Below are positions 1 through 10,533 of a DNA stretch of 39,350 nucleotides, one piece after another (positions within the stretch are counted from its first letter, which is position 1; each line of letters starts with the position of its first letter). The DNA is from Candidatus Omnitrophota bacterium (GTDB taxonomy: Bacteria; Omnitrophota; Gorgyraeia; Aquiviventales; Aquiviventaceae), in NCBI GenBank assembly GCA_016206565.1, contig JACQRG010000061.1, forward strand, positions 1 to 39,350. Reading direction: 5' to 3'. Under the pieces are notes generated by a model, which did no database searches, was not told the origin of the DNA, and saw only the letters and a list, made by a program, of their open reading frames with translations. Both the position numbers and the translations under genes were made by a program.

Positions 1-195
1 TCCGAGCGGCTCGTGCCCAAGGTGCCGAAGGGCAAGGTCATCGTGGCCGAGAGCGGCGTGCAGACCGCCGAGGACGTCAAGCGATTGCAGGGGCTGGGCG
101 TCCATGCCGTGCTCATCGGCGAAGCGCTCATGACCGCGCCGGACCCGGCCGCGAAGGTCAAGGAACTGTTTGACGGCCTGTGGGTGGGCCGGTAA
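1..195 (+). CDS. trpC: Indole-3-glycerol-phosphate synthase, C-terminal fragment (5' end lies outside the window)
   Basis: Frame 1 is open from the window edge. The sequence ...KVIVAESGVQTAEDVKRLQGLGVHAVLIGEALMTAPDP... matches the conserved ESG / GxxAxLxGE C-terminal strands of TrpC. Stop TAA at 193-195. Confidence 0.8.
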   Translation, partial: SERLVPKVPKGKVIVAESGVQTAEDVKRLQGLGVHAVLIGEALMTAPDPAAKVKELFDGLWVGR

Positions 196-196
196 G

Positions 197-967
197 ATGC
201 CCTCAACCATGGCTGCGACGCTGACGGTCAAGGACTTGCCGCTCTCGGAGCGGCCGCGCGAGCGCTGCCACCGCCTCGGAGCCGAGGCGCTCTCGGAGCA
301 GGAGCTGCTCGCGTGCGTGCTCGGGCGCGGGGTGGCCGGGGACTCCGTCCTGCACAGCGCCCAGCGGCTGCTCTCGCGCTTCGGGTCGCTGCGCGGCATG
401 GCCGGCGCCTCGGTGGAGGAGCTCTCCTCGGTCCACGGCATCGGCACCGCGAAGGCGGTGCAGCTGAAAGCCTCCATCGAAGTCGCCCGGCGCTTGGCAC
501 CGGCCCCGCCCGGCCCGCGGCCCCGCCTGGAGGATGTCGAGGCCGCCGCGGCCGTGGCCCGCCCGCTGCTGGCGGATAAGCCCAAGGAGCACGTCATCAG
601 CCTGCTGCTGGACGCGCGCCATCAGCTCATCCGCGTCGCCCCCATCGCGGTCGGCAGCCTCTCCGCCAGCGTCGTCCATCCCCGCGAAGTCTTCAGGGAG
701 GCCATCGCCGCGGGTGCTGCCGCGCTCATCCTCGCGCACAACCATCCGTCCGGCGATCCGGCGCCGTCCGCCCATGATGTGGAGCTGACGCGCCGGCTCT
801 CGGCCGCCGGCCAGCTGCTGGGCATCGAGGTGCTGGACCATCTCATCATCGCAGGCGCAGCGGTGGCGAGTCTGCGCGCGCTCGGCGCCTTCGGCGGGCG
901 TGCGCCGTCCCGACCCCGGCCCGCCCGGGGCGGGCGCCCGCAACGCCACAGGAGGGATCGTTCATGA
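197..967 (+). CDS. radC: RadC-family JAMM/MPN+ protein (UPF0758) with an Arg-rich C-terminal tail
   Basis: ATG at 197 lies 1 nt after the trpC stop. There is an N-terminal HhH-like segment (ELLACVLGRG ... LSSVHGIGTAKAVQL) and a JAMM motif HNHPSGDPAPS followed by D..LT.RL. The tail is RPRPARGGRPQRHRRDRS. Confidence 0.9.
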   Translation: MPSTMAATLTVKDLPLSERPRERCHRLGAEALSEQELLACVLGRGVAGDSVLHSAQRLLSRFGSLRGMAGASVEELSSVHGIGTAKAVQLKASIEVARRLAPAPPGPRPRLEDVEAAAAVARPLLADKPKEHVISLLLDARHQLIRVAPIAVGSLSASVVHPREVFREAIAAGAAALILAHNHPSGDPAPSAHDVELTRRLSAAGQLLGIEVLDHLIIAGAAVASLRALGAFGGRAPSRPRPARGGRPQRHRRDRS

Positions 968-1389
968 GGCACGGCCTGTTCGTCGGCCTGCTCGCCGGGC
1001 TGGTGGTCTTGGGGGCCGGCGCGATGCCGGCGGGGGCCTATGACGACGAGGGCCGCCCGGCGCGCGGGCGGGACCGCGTGGACGAGGTCCTGGGCCGCTA
1101 CAACCTCCAACCGGCCTTCGAGAAGCTGGGGCGGGGGATCTCCAATACCTTCGGGGGGCCGCTGGAAATTCCGCTGGGCGTGGAGCAGCGCTACTCGAAG
1201 AGCGATGTGGGCGGCAGCATGCTCACCGGCATCGTCGTCGGGACGTTCAAAGCTTTCGTGCGCACCGGCGTCGGGCTCTATGAAACGCTGACCTTCTTCT
1301 TGCCCTATCCGGAGAACTACGCGCCGATTTTGCCCACCCTCGCGTACTTCAAGCGGGACACCGAGCGCCGGCCCCTGCCGCTGGAATAG
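964..1389 (+). CDS. Secreted protein resembling the exosortase-system-associated TIGR04073 family
   Basis: ATGA overlap with the radC stop. Signal peptide MRHGLFVGLLAGLVVLGAGAMPAGA. The core KLGRGISNTFGGPLEIP ... VVGTFKAFVRTGVGLYETLTFFLPYPENYAPI matches my memory of the TIGR04073 signature. No exosortase or PEP-CTERM gene is present in the window. Confidence 0.6.
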   Translation: MRHGLFVGLLAGLVVLGAGAMPAGAYDDEGRPARGRDRVDEVLGRYNLQPAFEKLGRGISNTFGGPLEIPLGVEQRYSKSDVGGSMLTGIVVGTFKAFVRTGVGLYETLTFFLPYPENYAPILPTLAYFKRDTERRPLPLE

Positions 1390-1394
1390 CCGGG

Positions 1395-2147
1395 GTGAAG
1401 CACGTCCTCGTGATCGGTCGTCCTGGCATCGGCAAGACCACCCTCATCCGCCGCGTGGCCGCGGCCCTGCGTTCGTATGCGATTGACGGCTTCGTGACCG
1501 ACGAGCTGCGCGAGCACGGCCAGCGGCAGGGCTTTTGGCTCAGCAGCCTCGACGGCCGCCAGGTGTTGCTGGCGCACCGCCGCATCGAGAGCGCCTTCCG
1601 GGTCGGCCCCTACAAGGTCAACGTCCAGGTGCTCGAGCAGGTCGCGGTGCCGATCATCCACCGGGCCATCGAGCGCGCCGTGGTGCTGCTGCTCGACGAG
1701 CTGGGGCGCATGGAGCTCTACTCGGAGCAGTTCGCCCGGGCGGTGGAGGAGGCCTTCGAGCGCGGCCCCTCCATCGTGGCCACGGCGGGGGTCGCGCCGC
1801 TGCCATGGCTGGAGGCGCTCAAGCGCCGGCGGGACGTGGAGCTCATTCCGCTGACCAGTGCGAACCGGGGCGTCATCGAGGAGGAGCTGGTCGCGCGGCT
1901 GCGAGCACTCTGCGCCGAGGATGACGCGGTGCGGGCGCTGCAGCGCCAGGCGAACCGCATCTGCGAGATGATCGTCATAGGGGACGTGCCGCTGGTGGAC
2001 ATCGAGATCCAGCAGGAGGCGCTGCGCCAGGCGGTGGCGCGGGCGTTTCCCGGCAAGGAGGCGCTCTACCAGCTGTTGTACGAGAGCCGGTTTCGGCGGT
2101 TGTGGCAGCAGTTTCGTCAGGAGTCGGGAAGGGAGGAGGGGGGATGA
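1395..2147 (+). CDS. THEP1 / NTPase_1-type P-loop nucleoside triphosphatase with a ~70-aa C-terminal extension
   Basis: GTG start. Walker A is GRPGIGKTT, followed by GF.T.E.R..G.R.GF, and Walker B-like LLLDELGRMEL. This layout is typical of PF03266-type NTPases. The C-terminal ~70 residues have no recognisable domain. Confidence 0.7.
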   Translation: MKHVLVIGRPGIGKTTLIRRVAAALRSYAIDGFVTDELREHGQRQGFWLSSLDGRQVLLAHRRIESAFRVGPYKVNVQVLEQVAVPIIHRAIERAVVLLLDELGRMELYSEQFARAVEEAFERGPSIVATAGVAPLPWLEALKRRRDVELIPLTSANRGVIEEELVARLRALCAEDDAVRALQRQANRICEMIVIGDVPLVDIEIQQEALRQAVARAFPGKEALYQLLYESRFRRLWQQFRQESGREEGG

Positions 2148-2563
2148 ACGCGTTTTGGTGGGCGCTGCTGACGGCGGGCATCTGGGGGGTCGTGCCCCTC
2201 ATGGAGAAGGTCGGGCTCGCCTCGGTGGCGCCGAATGTAGGGCTCATCGCCCGCAGCCTGGGCGTGATGGCCGGAGTGGTGGTCTTCGGCGCGCTCTGGG
2301 CGCCATGGCCGGCGCTTCGCCAAGCCCCCCTGGGCGCGCTGGCCCTGCTCGCCGGCGGGGGCTTGCTGGCGAGCTTCATCGGCCAACTGGTGTTCTACCG
2401 GGCGCTGAAAGTCGGCGCCATCTCGCAGGTCACGCCGGTCGCCGGCGCCTATCCGCTGGTGGCCGCGCTGCTGGGGTGGACCCTGCTGGGCGAATCCATC
2501 ACGCCGCTGCGCGTCCTGGGCGTGATCTGCGTCGTCCTGGGCGTGGTCCTGTTGCGGCGCTGA
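2144..2563 (+). CDS. Single-EamA-domain (half-size DMT superfamily) membrane transporter
   Basis: The ATG at 2144 overlaps the upstream stop (ATGA). The 139-aa product is very hydrophobic with ~4-5 TM segments and an EamA-like ending (LLGESITPLRVLGVICVVLGVVLL). Confidence 0.7.
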   Translation: MNAFWWALLTAGIWGVVPLMEKVGLASVAPNVGLIARSLGVMAGVVVFGALWAPWPALRQAPLGALALLAGGGLLASFIGQLVFYRALKVGAISQVTPVAGAYPLVAALLGWTLLGESITPLRVLGVICVVLGVVLLRR

Positions 2564-3555
2564 TGCGGCGCCTCTCCACGCTCGTGCTGACGCAGCGCGA
2601 GGTGGCCCGGGTCCTCGACCTGCGCCTGGCCATCCGCGTCGTGCGCGAGGCGCTGCGGCAGCAAGCGCTGGGCCGCACCACGATGCCGCCGAAGCTCTAC
2701 CTGCCGCTGCCGCGGCAGGGCGATTTCCGCGCGATGCCGGCGGCGCTGCAGCATCCCGCGGCCTGCGGGGTGAAGTGGGTCAACGTCCATCCGGGCAACC
2801 CGGCCCGCGGCCTGCCGACCGTCATGGCCGTGATCATCCTTAATGATCCGGCCACCGGGGCACCGGTGGCCATCCTCGATGGAGGGCTCATCACCAAGAT
2901 CCGCACGGCCGCCTCCGCCGCGGTGGCCGCACAGATCCTGGCCCGCCGCGGGGCGGGACGGGTCGCGCTGGTCGGCTGCGGCGCGCAGGCGGACGCGCAG
3001 CTGCTGGCACTCGCCTGCGTGCGGCGGCTGCGCGAGGTGCGGGTGTGGGGCTATTGGCCGGGCGAAGCCGAGCGCTTCTGCCGCCGGATGCGGCCGCAGC
3101 TGCGCGGGGCGCGGCTGGCCGCGGCCGGCACGGTGCGGGAGTGCGTCCGGCAGGCGGAGCTCATCGTGACGATGACGATTGCGCGCCGGCCGCTGGTCCA
3201 GCGCGGGTGGGTGGCCGAGGGCGCCCACCTCAACGCCATCGGCGCCGATGCGCCCGGCAAGCAGGAGCTGGACCCGCGCCTGCTGCACGAGGCGCTGGTC
3301 GTCGTGGATGACCGCGCGCAGGCCCTCCATGCCGGCGAGCTCAACGTGCCGGTCAGCCGGGGGCAGTTTCGCGCGCGCGACATCCACGCCACGCTCGGCG
3401 AGGTGCTGCTCGGGTGCCGGCGCGGCCGGCGCAGCGCGCGCGAGCTGACGGTCTTCGACTCCACCGGCCTGGCCATCCATGACGTCGCACTCGCGCATGC
3501 CGTGGTCGCGCGGGCCGCGCGCGCCGGTCTGGGCAAGCGCCTGTCCCTCGTTTGA
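2563..3555 (+). CDS. Ornithine cyclodeaminase / mu-crystallin family NAD(P)-dependent enzyme
   Basis: TGATG overlap with the upstream gene. Motifs [24 protein letters not shown] and the Rossmann segment [10 protein letters not shown], plus [15 protein letters not shown], are typical of the OCD/mu-crystallin family. The upstream part of the 466-aa track ORF lies out of frame over the transporter gene and is not coding. Confidence 0.85.
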   Translation: MRRLSTLVLTQREVARVLDLRLAIRVVREALRQQALGRTTMPPKLYLPLPRQGDFRAMPAALQHPAACGVKWVNVHPGNPARGLPTVMAVIILNDPATGAPVAILDGGLITKIRTAASAAVAAQILARRGAGRVALVGCGAQADAQLLALACVRRLREVRVWGYWPGEAERFCRRMRPQLRGARLAAAGTVRECVRQAELIVTMTIARRPLVQRGWVAEGAHLNAIGADAPGKQELDPRLLHEALVVVDDRAQALHAGELNVPVSRGQFRARDIHATLGEVLLGCRRGRRSARELTVFDSTGLAIHDVALAHAVVARAARAGLGKRLSLV

Positions 3556-3580
3556 CACGCTCTGGCCCTTCGGCTATCAT
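3552..3580 (+). promoter_or_regulatory. Sigma70-type promoter for trpBA: TTGACA - 17 nt - TATCAT
   Basis: A consensus -35 (3552-3557, overlapping the upstream stop codon) and -10 TATCAT (3575-3580) sit in a local AT-rich patch 32 nt before the trpB ATG. Confidence 0.55.
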
Positions 3581-3611
3581 AAAAGTTTCACATGACCATT
3601 GCCGTTACGCC

Positions 3612-4847
3612 ATGACACACCACAGGTTACTGCCGGATCGCACCGGCCATTTCGGGCCGTTCGGGGGCACCTTTGTGCCTGAGACGGTCATGGCCGCGCT
3701 GGCCGATTTGGAGCACGCCTGGGCGCGCGCGCGGCGGGACCCGGCCTTCCGCCACCGGCTGCGCTCGCTCCTGGAGGAGTACGCCGGCCGGCCCACGCCC
3801 CTGTACTTCGCCCGGCGCTTGAGTGCGGCCCTCGGCGGGCGGGCGCGGATTTACCTCAAGCGCGAGGACCTGCTCCATACCGGCGCGCACAAGATCAACA
3901 ACGCCCTGGGCCAGGCGCTGCTGGCGGTGCGCATGGGCAAGTCCCGCCTCATCGCCGAGACGGGTGCTGGCCAGCACGGGGTGGCGACCGCGACCGCCGC
4001 CGCGCTCTTCGGCCTGGCCTGCGAAGTCTTCATGGGCGAGGAGGACATGCGCCGGCAGGAGCTCAACGTGGTGCGGATGCGCCTGCTCGGGGCGCGCGTC
4101 ACGCCGGTGCGCAGCGGCACGAAGACCCTGAAGGACGCCTGCAACGAGGCGATCCGCAACTGGGTCACGACCGTGCGCACCACCCACTACTGCATCGGCT
4201 CGGTCGTCGGGCCGCATCCGTACCCGCAGCTGGTCCGGGATTTTCAGTCGGTCATCGGGCAGGAGGCCCGCCGGCAAATCCGGCAAGCCGCGGGCCGGCT
4301 GCCGGACCTGCTCATCGCCTGCGTCGGCGGCGGCTCCAACGCCATCGGGCTCTTCCACGCGTTTGCGCGCGACCGGCGGGTGCGCATGATCGGCGTGGAA
4401 GCCGGCGGCACCGGCCTGCGGCCTGGCCACCATGCGGCGACGCTGGTCAAGGGCCGGCCCGGCGTGCTGCACGGGGCCAAGAGCCTGCTGCTGCAGGACC
4501 GGTTCGGCCAGGTGCTCTCGACGAAGTCCATCGCGGCCGGATTGGATTACCCCGGTGTGGGGCCGGAGCATGCCTACTACCAGCTTCGCGGCCGGGCCGA
4601 GTATGTCGCCGTCGGGGACCGGCAGGCGCTGGCTGCCTGCGAGCTGCTGGCGCGCACCGAAGGCATCCTGCCGGCGCTGGAGCCGGCGCATGCGCTGGCC
4701 TACCTGGCGCGGATCGCCCCGCGCCTGAAACGGGGCAGCGTGGTGATCCTCGGTCTCTCGGGACGGGGGGATAAGGACGTGCACACGATGGCCCAGCATC
4801 TGACGCGGGCCCAGGGACGCGATGGAACCGCTGCGCGCCGCGTTTGA
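3612..4847 (+). CDS. trpB: Tryptophan synthase beta chain
   Basis: [13 protein letters not shown], the PLP-lysine motif [24 protein letters not shown] and GGGSNAIG. Start chosen at ATG 3612 so that the N-terminus has normal TrpB length. Confidence 0.95.
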   Translation: MTHHRLLPDRTGHFGPFGGTFVPETVMAALADLEHAWARARRDPAFRHRLRSLLEEYAGRPTPLYFARRLSAALGGRARIYLKREDLLHTGAHKINNALGQALLAVRMGKSRLIAETGAGQHGVATATAAALFGLACEVFMGEEDMRRQELNVVRMRLLGARVTPVRSGTKTLKDACNEAIRNWVTTVRTTHYCIGSVVGPHPYPQLVRDFQSVIGQEARRQIRQAAGRLPDLLIACVGGGSNAIGLFHAFARDRRVRMIGVEAGGTGLRPGHHAATLVKGRPGVLHGAKSLLLQDRFGQVLSTKSIAAGLDYPGVGPEHAYYQLRGRAEYVAVGDRQALAACELLARTEGILPALEPAHALAYLARIAPRLKRGSVVILGLSGRGDKDVHTMAQHLTRAQGRDGTAARRV

Positions 4848-5658
4848 GCGGCTGCGCCGGCAGCGGCGCAAGGCGCTGGTGCCGTTTATCATGGGCGGCG
4901 ACCCGGACCTGCGCGCGACCCCTGCGCTCCTGCTCGCCCTGCAGGCGGCCGGCGCGGATGTGATCGAGATCGGCGTGCCGTTTTCGGATCCGCTGGCCGA
5001 CGGGCCGGTGATCCAGGCCGCGTCCGCGCGCGCGCTGGCGCGCGGGGCGACACCGGCCAACGTGCTGCGCGCCATCGCCTCGGCGGCCCCGCGCCTGCGC
5101 GTCCCGGTGGTCTGCCTGACGTATTGGAACCCGGTCATCCAGTTTGGATTCAACCCCGGCTCGCGCGCAAGGCGGGCCGGGGGGTCGCCGGCGCGGTTTC
5201 TGACCGCGGCCAAGGCCAGCGGTGTGAGCGGCCTGATCGTGCCGGATTTGCCGGTGGAAGAGGGCGACGCGCTGCGCCGCGCCGCGGCGCGCGCCGGCCT
5301 GGCGGCGGTCTTCCTCGCGGCCCCCACCAGTCCGCCGCAGCGGCTGCGGCGCATCGCCAGGGCCTCGGAGGGGTTCATCTACTACGTGTCGGTGACCGGC
5401 ACGACCGGCATGCGCGCGCAGGTGCCGCCGTCGCTGGTGCAGGGCATCCGGCAGCTGCGGGTGGTGACCACCAAGCCGGTGTGCGTGGGCTTCGGGATCT
5501 CGACACCGGCCCAGGCCGCGGCCGTGGCCCGCGTCACCGACGGGGTGATCATCGGCAGCGCCTTGATCCACGCGATGCAGCAGGGCGGGGGGCGCGCCGG
5601 GGCTATCCGCGCGGCCGCCAGGTTTGTGGCGCGCATGCGCAAGGCGCTTGACGCATGA
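4822..5658 (+). CDS. trpA: Tryptophan synthase alpha chain
   Basis: [33 protein letters not shown], and [10 protein letters not shown] near the C-terminus. It overlaps the trpB end by 26 nt. It contains an atypical Arg/Gly-rich insert ([19 protein letters not shown]). Confidence 0.9.
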   Translation: MEPLRAAFERLRRQRRKALVPFIMGGDPDLRATPALLLALQAAGADVIEIGVPFSDPLADGPVIQAASARALARGATPANVLRAIASAAPRLRVPVVCLTYWNPVIQFGFNPGSRARRAGGSPARFLTAAKASGVSGLIVPDLPVEEGDALRRAAARAGLAAVFLAAPTSPPQRLRRIARASEGFIYYVSVTGTTGMRAQVPPSLVQGIRQLRVVTTKPVCVGFGISTPAQAAAVARVTDGVIIGSALIHAMQQGGGRAGAIRAAARFVARMRKALDA

Positions 5659-6719
5659 CGCGGCCGCGCGTCACGTTTGCCATCATGGCCGGCGGCCGCG
5701 GCGAGCGGCTCTGGCCGCTGGTGCGGGCCTCGCGCCCCAAGGTGTGTTTGACGACGGACGGGCGGCAGTCGCTGCTGCAGACGACCGTGGACCGGATGCG
5801 GCCGGCCTGGCGAGGCGCCGACTGGCTGATTGTCACGACCCAGGAGCAAGCCCGGGCGGTGCGCCGCGCCCTGCCGCCGTCGCTGCACGGCCGGGTGCTG
5901 GCGGAGCCGCAGGGCCGCAACACCGCGGCCTGCATCACCCTGGCGGCGCTGACCGTGGCGGCCCAGGACCCGAAGCGGGTGCTGGTCTTCGCGCCGGCCG
6001 ACCATTGGATGGGCGATCCGGCGGCGTTTCGCCGCGCGCTGCGCACGGCCATCCGGGCCGCCGCGGCCCACGACACGCTGGTGACGATCGGCATCCGGCC
6101 CACGCATCCTCACACCGGCCTGGGCTATCTGCGAGCCGGTGAACGAGCGCACGTGCCGGGGCCGGTGCCAGCGTACCGACTGGCGCAGTTTATCGAGAAG
6201 CCATCCGCTGAGCTGGCCCAGCGTCTCGTGAGCGGCCGCAGGACGTTTTGGAACAGCGGGCTGTTCATCGGCAGGGCGGAGGTGTTCCTCGGGTGCGTCA
6301 TGACGTGGCTGCCGCAGCATCTGCGCCGCTTGCTGCCGCTGGCCAACGGGGCGAGCGCGCCGCAGGCCGCGGCGGCCTACCAAGCGCTGCCCGCCGTCTC
6401 CTTTGACCAGGGGGTCATGGCGCATCTGCGCGGCGGCCTGATCATCGAGGGGCGGTTTGCCTGGGCGGACCTGGGCAGCTGGGACGTCTGGGCCCAGCGC
6501 AGCACGACGAGCGCGCCGCAGATGCTGGTTGGCACCCGCAACGTCAGTGTCATCAGCGAAGGCAAGGATGGGCATCTCGTGGCCGCCGTCGGCGTGCGCG
6601 ACCTGGTCATCGTCCAGACGCCGGACGCCACGCTGGTCTGCCCGGCCGGCCGGGCTCAGGACGTGCGCGAGGTGGTGCGCCGCCTGCAGCGGCAGCGCAG
6701 CCTGGCGCGCTTCCGCTGA
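5655..6719 (+). CDS. Mannose-1-phosphate guanylyltransferase-type sugar nucleotidyltransferase (no PMI domain)
   Basis: ATGA overlap with trpA. The N-terminal AIMAGGRGERLWPL motif, EP.GRNTA and GYL... are typical of the NTP_transferase/ManC family. Confidence 0.8.
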   Translation: MTRPRVTFAIMAGGRGERLWPLVRASRPKVCLTTDGRQSLLQTTVDRMRPAWRGADWLIVTTQEQARAVRRALPPSLHGRVLAEPQGRNTAACITLAALTVAAQDPKRVLVFAPADHWMGDPAAFRRALRTAIRAAAAHDTLVTIGIRPTHPHTGLGYLRAGERAHVPGPVPAYRLAQFIEKPSAELAQRLVSGRRTFWNSGLFIGRAEVFLGCVMTWLPQHLRRLLPLANGASAPQAAAAYQALPAVSFDQGVMAHLRGGLIIEGRFAWADLGSWDVWAQRSTTSAPQMLVGTRNVSVISEGKDGHLVAAVGVRDLVIVQTPDATLVCPAGRAQDVREVVRRLQRQRSLARFR

Positions 6720-6725
6720 CGCAGC

Positions 6726-7148
6726 ATGCGCGCGCTGGGCGTGGATCTAGGCACCAAGCGCATCGGTATTGCGCTGAGCGACGCGCTGGGGTTAACCGCC
6801 CAGCCGCTGGCGGTGCTGCCCTGCCGGGGCCAGGAGGCGGACGCGACTGCGGTGCAGGCGCTGGTAGCGGCGCATCAGGTCTCCGTGGTGGTGATCGGCC
6901 TGCCCTTAGCCCTCGATGGCCGGCGCGGCCCGCCGGCGCAGCGCGCCGAGGCATTTGCGCGGCGCGTGCAAGCACAGGTTGCGGTGCCGGTGAAACTGGT
7001 GGACGAGCGGTTCACGACGGCGCAGGGGCAGCGCGCGCTGCTCGAAACCGGGGTTCGGCGCGCAAAGCGCAAACAGGTGATTGACCAGGTGGCCGCCCAA
7101 CTCATCTTGCAACAGTATCTCGATGCCGCGCGCGACCCGTCCCGCTAA
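6726..7148 (+). CDS. ruvX: Putative pre-16S rRNA nuclease / Holliday junction resolvase-like YqgF
   Basis: GVDLGTKRIGIALSD, VVIGLPLALDG and VDERFTT ... IDQVAAQLILQQYLD are hallmarks of RuvX/YqgF. Confidence 0.9.
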   Translation: MRALGVDLGTKRIGIALSDALGLTAQPLAVLPCRGQEADATAVQALVAAHQVSVVVIGLPLALDGRRGPPAQRAEAFARRVQAQVAVPVKLVDERFTTAQGQRALLETGVRRAKRKQVIDQVAAQLILQQYLDAARDPSR

Positions 7149-8420
7149 CCCCTACCACATCGACACCCTGGCCAACGGGGCCGGGCTGATCCTGCGGCCG
7201 ATGCCGCAGGCCCGGTCGGTGGCCGTCGGCGTCTGGGTGCAGGCTGGCGGGCGCTATGAGGCGCCGGCCCAGGCCGGCATCTCGCATTTCGTGGAGCACT
7301 TGCTCTTCAAGGGCACGCGCCGGCGCTCCTGCGAGCAGCTCAAGCAACAGGTGGAAGGGGTCGGCGGGAGCCTCAACGGCTTCACCGCCGAGGAGTTCAC
7401 CTGCTACATGGCCAAGGTGCCCCGCCGCTTCGCGGCGCGGGCCCTGGGCGTGCTGGCCGACATGGTGCGCCGGCCGACGATGCAGCCGCGCGACGTCGAG
7501 AAGGAGCGCGAGGTCATCCTGGAAGAGATCCGCATGTACGAGGACAACCCGGGCCAGTACGTGCACGACCTCTTCAACCAGCTGCTGTGGCCCAACCATC
7601 CGCTCGGCATGATCCTCTCCGGGACCATCGAGACCGTGCGGCGCATGAGCCGCGCGGACCTGGTGCGGTACTGGCGCTCGCGCTACCAGCCGCGGGGCTT
7701 GCTGGTGTCGTGCGCCGGCGCGTTCGAGGCCCAGGCGATGGCGCGGCAGGTGCGGCAGGCGTTCGGCTCGATGCGCAGCGCCCGCCGCCGGCCGTTCGCG
7801 CGCGCCCCCCGGCCGCGCCGCGGCCCGCAGGTGAAGGTCTGGCGCAAAGACACCGAGCAGGCGCACGTGTGCGTGGGCACCTATGCCATCCCCCGCACCC
7901 ATCCGGACCGCTTCGCGCTGGAGCTGCTGCACGTGCTGCTGGGCGGCAACATGTCCTCGCGGCTGTTCCGTGAGGTGCGGGAGAAGCGCGGCCTGGTGTA
8001 TGAGATCGGCAGCCAGATCCGGCGCTTCGAGGACACGGGCGCCTTCGTCATCTCCGCCGGCTGCGATGCGGGCAAGCTCCAGGCGACGCTGCAGGTCATC
8101 TTCACCGAGCTGGCCCGCCTGCGGCGCCGTCCGGTGTCGCGCTCAGAGCTGCGGCGCGCCAAGGATTACTATGCAGGCCAGCTGACGATGGGATTGGAGG
8201 ATACGATGGACCACATGCTCTGGATGGGGGAGCAGGCGGTGACCGTGGGGCGGGTGGCTATCCCGGAACTGTTGCTGCGGCATCTGGAGCGCGTCGGCGT
8301 CAGGGACGTGCGGCGGGTCGCGCGCCGGCTCTTTGAAACGGCGAAGATGCACGTGGCGGTGGTCGGGCCGGTCTCGGAGTCGGACACGCCCCGCTTGGCC
8401 GGCGTGTGCCGGGTGGGCTG

Positions 8421-8421
<1 letters not shown>
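7123..8421 (+). CDS. M16-family (pitrilysin-like) zinc peptidase
   Basis: Inverted zinc motif HFVEH (HxxEH) followed by LLFKGT and EEF.CY. It has two M16 halves. Start ATG 7123 (26-nt overlap with ruvX) was chosen because no better start lies downstream, so the start is uncertain. Confidence 0.85.
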
Positions 8422-9077
<656 letters not shown>

Positions 9078-9084
9078 GGCAGGG

Positions 9085-10521
9085 ATGGCGATTCGGTTCG
9101 GCACGGAAGGCTGGCGGGCGATCATGGCGGAGGAATTCACCGTGGAGAACGTGCGCCGGGTCACGCAGGCGATCGCCGAGCACGTGCGGCGCCCCCGGCC
9201 CGCCAGCCGGGGCGGGCGCGCGCGGGTGACGGTAGCCGTCGGGCATGACACGCGGTTCTTGTCGGACCGGTTCGCCCAGGCGGTCTGCGAGGTGCTGGCC
9301 GGCAACGGCATCCGCGCCCTGCTCACGGACCGGGCGGTGCCGACGTGCGCGGTCAGCCGCTACGTGGTGGCGAACCGCCTGCCGGCCGGGGTGGTCGTCA
9401 CCGCCAGCCACAACCCGGGCATCTACAACGGCCTGAAGATCAAGGAGGCGTTCGGCGGGTCGGCCACCACCGAGACCGTGGCGTCGGTGGAGCGGCGCAT
9501 CAGCCGCGCCAAGCCGGTGTCGCTGCCCATGGAGGAGGCGCTGGCGCGGGGCCTGATCCAGCGCGTCGCGATGCTGCCGACCTTCCTGCAGGGCATCCGC
9601 CGCTTCGTGGACGTGGCGGCCATCCGGCGCTCGCCGTTTCGCGTGGTCGTGGATTCGATGCACGGCACCGGGGCTCGCCTCATCGAGGGGCTGCTGCGCG
9701 GCGGCCGATGCCGGGTGAGCACGCTGCACGCGGACCCGGACCCGCTCTTCGGCGGCCATGCCCCGGAGCCGATCCACGCCAACCTGAAGGAGTTAAGCCT
9801 CGCCGTCAAGCGCAGCCGCGCACACGTAGGGATCGCCAACGACGGCGACGCGGACCGCATCGGCTTGGTGGGGCCCGGCGGGGCCTGGGTCAACCCGGGG
9901 CAGGTGATGTGCGTGGTCCTCTGGCACCTCGTGCGCACGCGCAAAGTGCTCGGCGCGGTCGTCAAGACCGTCTCCAACACCATGATGATTGACCGGATGG
10001 CCCAGGCGCTGGACCTGCGGCTTGTCGAGGTGCCGGTGGGCTTCAAGCACGTCGCCAAGCTCATGCTCAAGGGCGACGTGCTCATCGGCGGGGAGGAGTC
10101 CGGCGGCATCGGGGTCAAAGGCTACCTGCCGGAGCGCGACGGCATCCTCAACGGCCTGCTCGTCCTGGAGGCCATGGCGATGCGCGGCCAGCCGCTGGGG
10201 GCGATCTTAGCCGAGCTGGAGCGCGAGTTCGGCCGCTGGGCCTACGCCCGGCGGGACCTGCATCTGGACACGCCGCGCGTGGAGCGGCTCTTCCGGCGCC
10301 TGGCCGGCGCAGCACCCGACCGGATGGCCGGCCAGCCGGTGGCGCGGGTCAACCGGCTCGACGGGGTCAAGCTCATCGCCCGGGACGAGAGCTGGCTGCT
10401 CTTCCGCCGCTCCGGCACCGAGCCGATCGTGCGCATCTACGCGGAGAGCCCCCGGGCGCGCCGCGTGGGACGGCTGCTGGATTTCGGCGTGCAGCTGGCC
10501 AGGGACGGCCGCGGCGCCTGA
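9085..10521 (+). CDS. Phosphoglucomutase/phosphomannomutase family (alpha-D-phosphohexomutase)
   Basis: FGTEGWRA, the active-site serine loop TASHNPGIYNGLK, the metal loop ANDGDADR and GGEESGG. Confidence 0.9.
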   Translation: MAIRFGTEGWRAIMAEEFTVENVRRVTQAIAEHVRRPRPASRGGRARVTVAVGHDTRFLSDRFAQAVCEVLAGNGIRALLTDRAVPTCAVSRYVVANRLPAGVVVTASHNPGIYNGLKIKEAFGGSATTETVASVERRISRAKPVSLPMEEALARGLIQRVAMLPTFLQGIRRFVDVAAIRRSPFRVVVDSMHGTGARLIEGLLRGGRCRVSTLHADPDPLFGGHAPEPIHANLKELSLAVKRSRAHVGIANDGDADRIGLVGPGGAWVNPGQVMCVVLWHLVRTRKVLGAVVKTVSNTMMIDRMAQALDLRLVEVPVGFKHVAKLMLKGDVLIGGEESGGIGVKGYLPERDGILNGLLVLEAMAMRGQPLGAILAELEREFGRWAYARRDLHLDTPRVERLFRRLAGAAPDRMAGQPVARVNRLDGVKLIARDESWLLFRRSGTEPIVRIYAESPRARRVGRLLDFGVQLARDGRGA

Positions 10522-10533
10522 GCCGTCCCGCGC

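Noticed and set aside
2155-2562. N-terminal 136 codons of the 466-aa track ORF
   Set aside because: It lies out of frame over the EamA transporter gene and is Arg/Gly-rich. The OCD-family homology begins at ATG 2563.
3587-3615. Classical trp attenuator / leader peptide
   Set aside because: The 7-codon uORF has no Trp codons, and there are no alternative terminator/antiterminator hairpins or T-tract before trpB. It is kept only as a possible coupling uORF.
3627-5378. 583-aa ORF on the minus strand
   Set aside because: It is antisense to trpB and trpA, which carry all canonical motifs. The translation has no domain signature.
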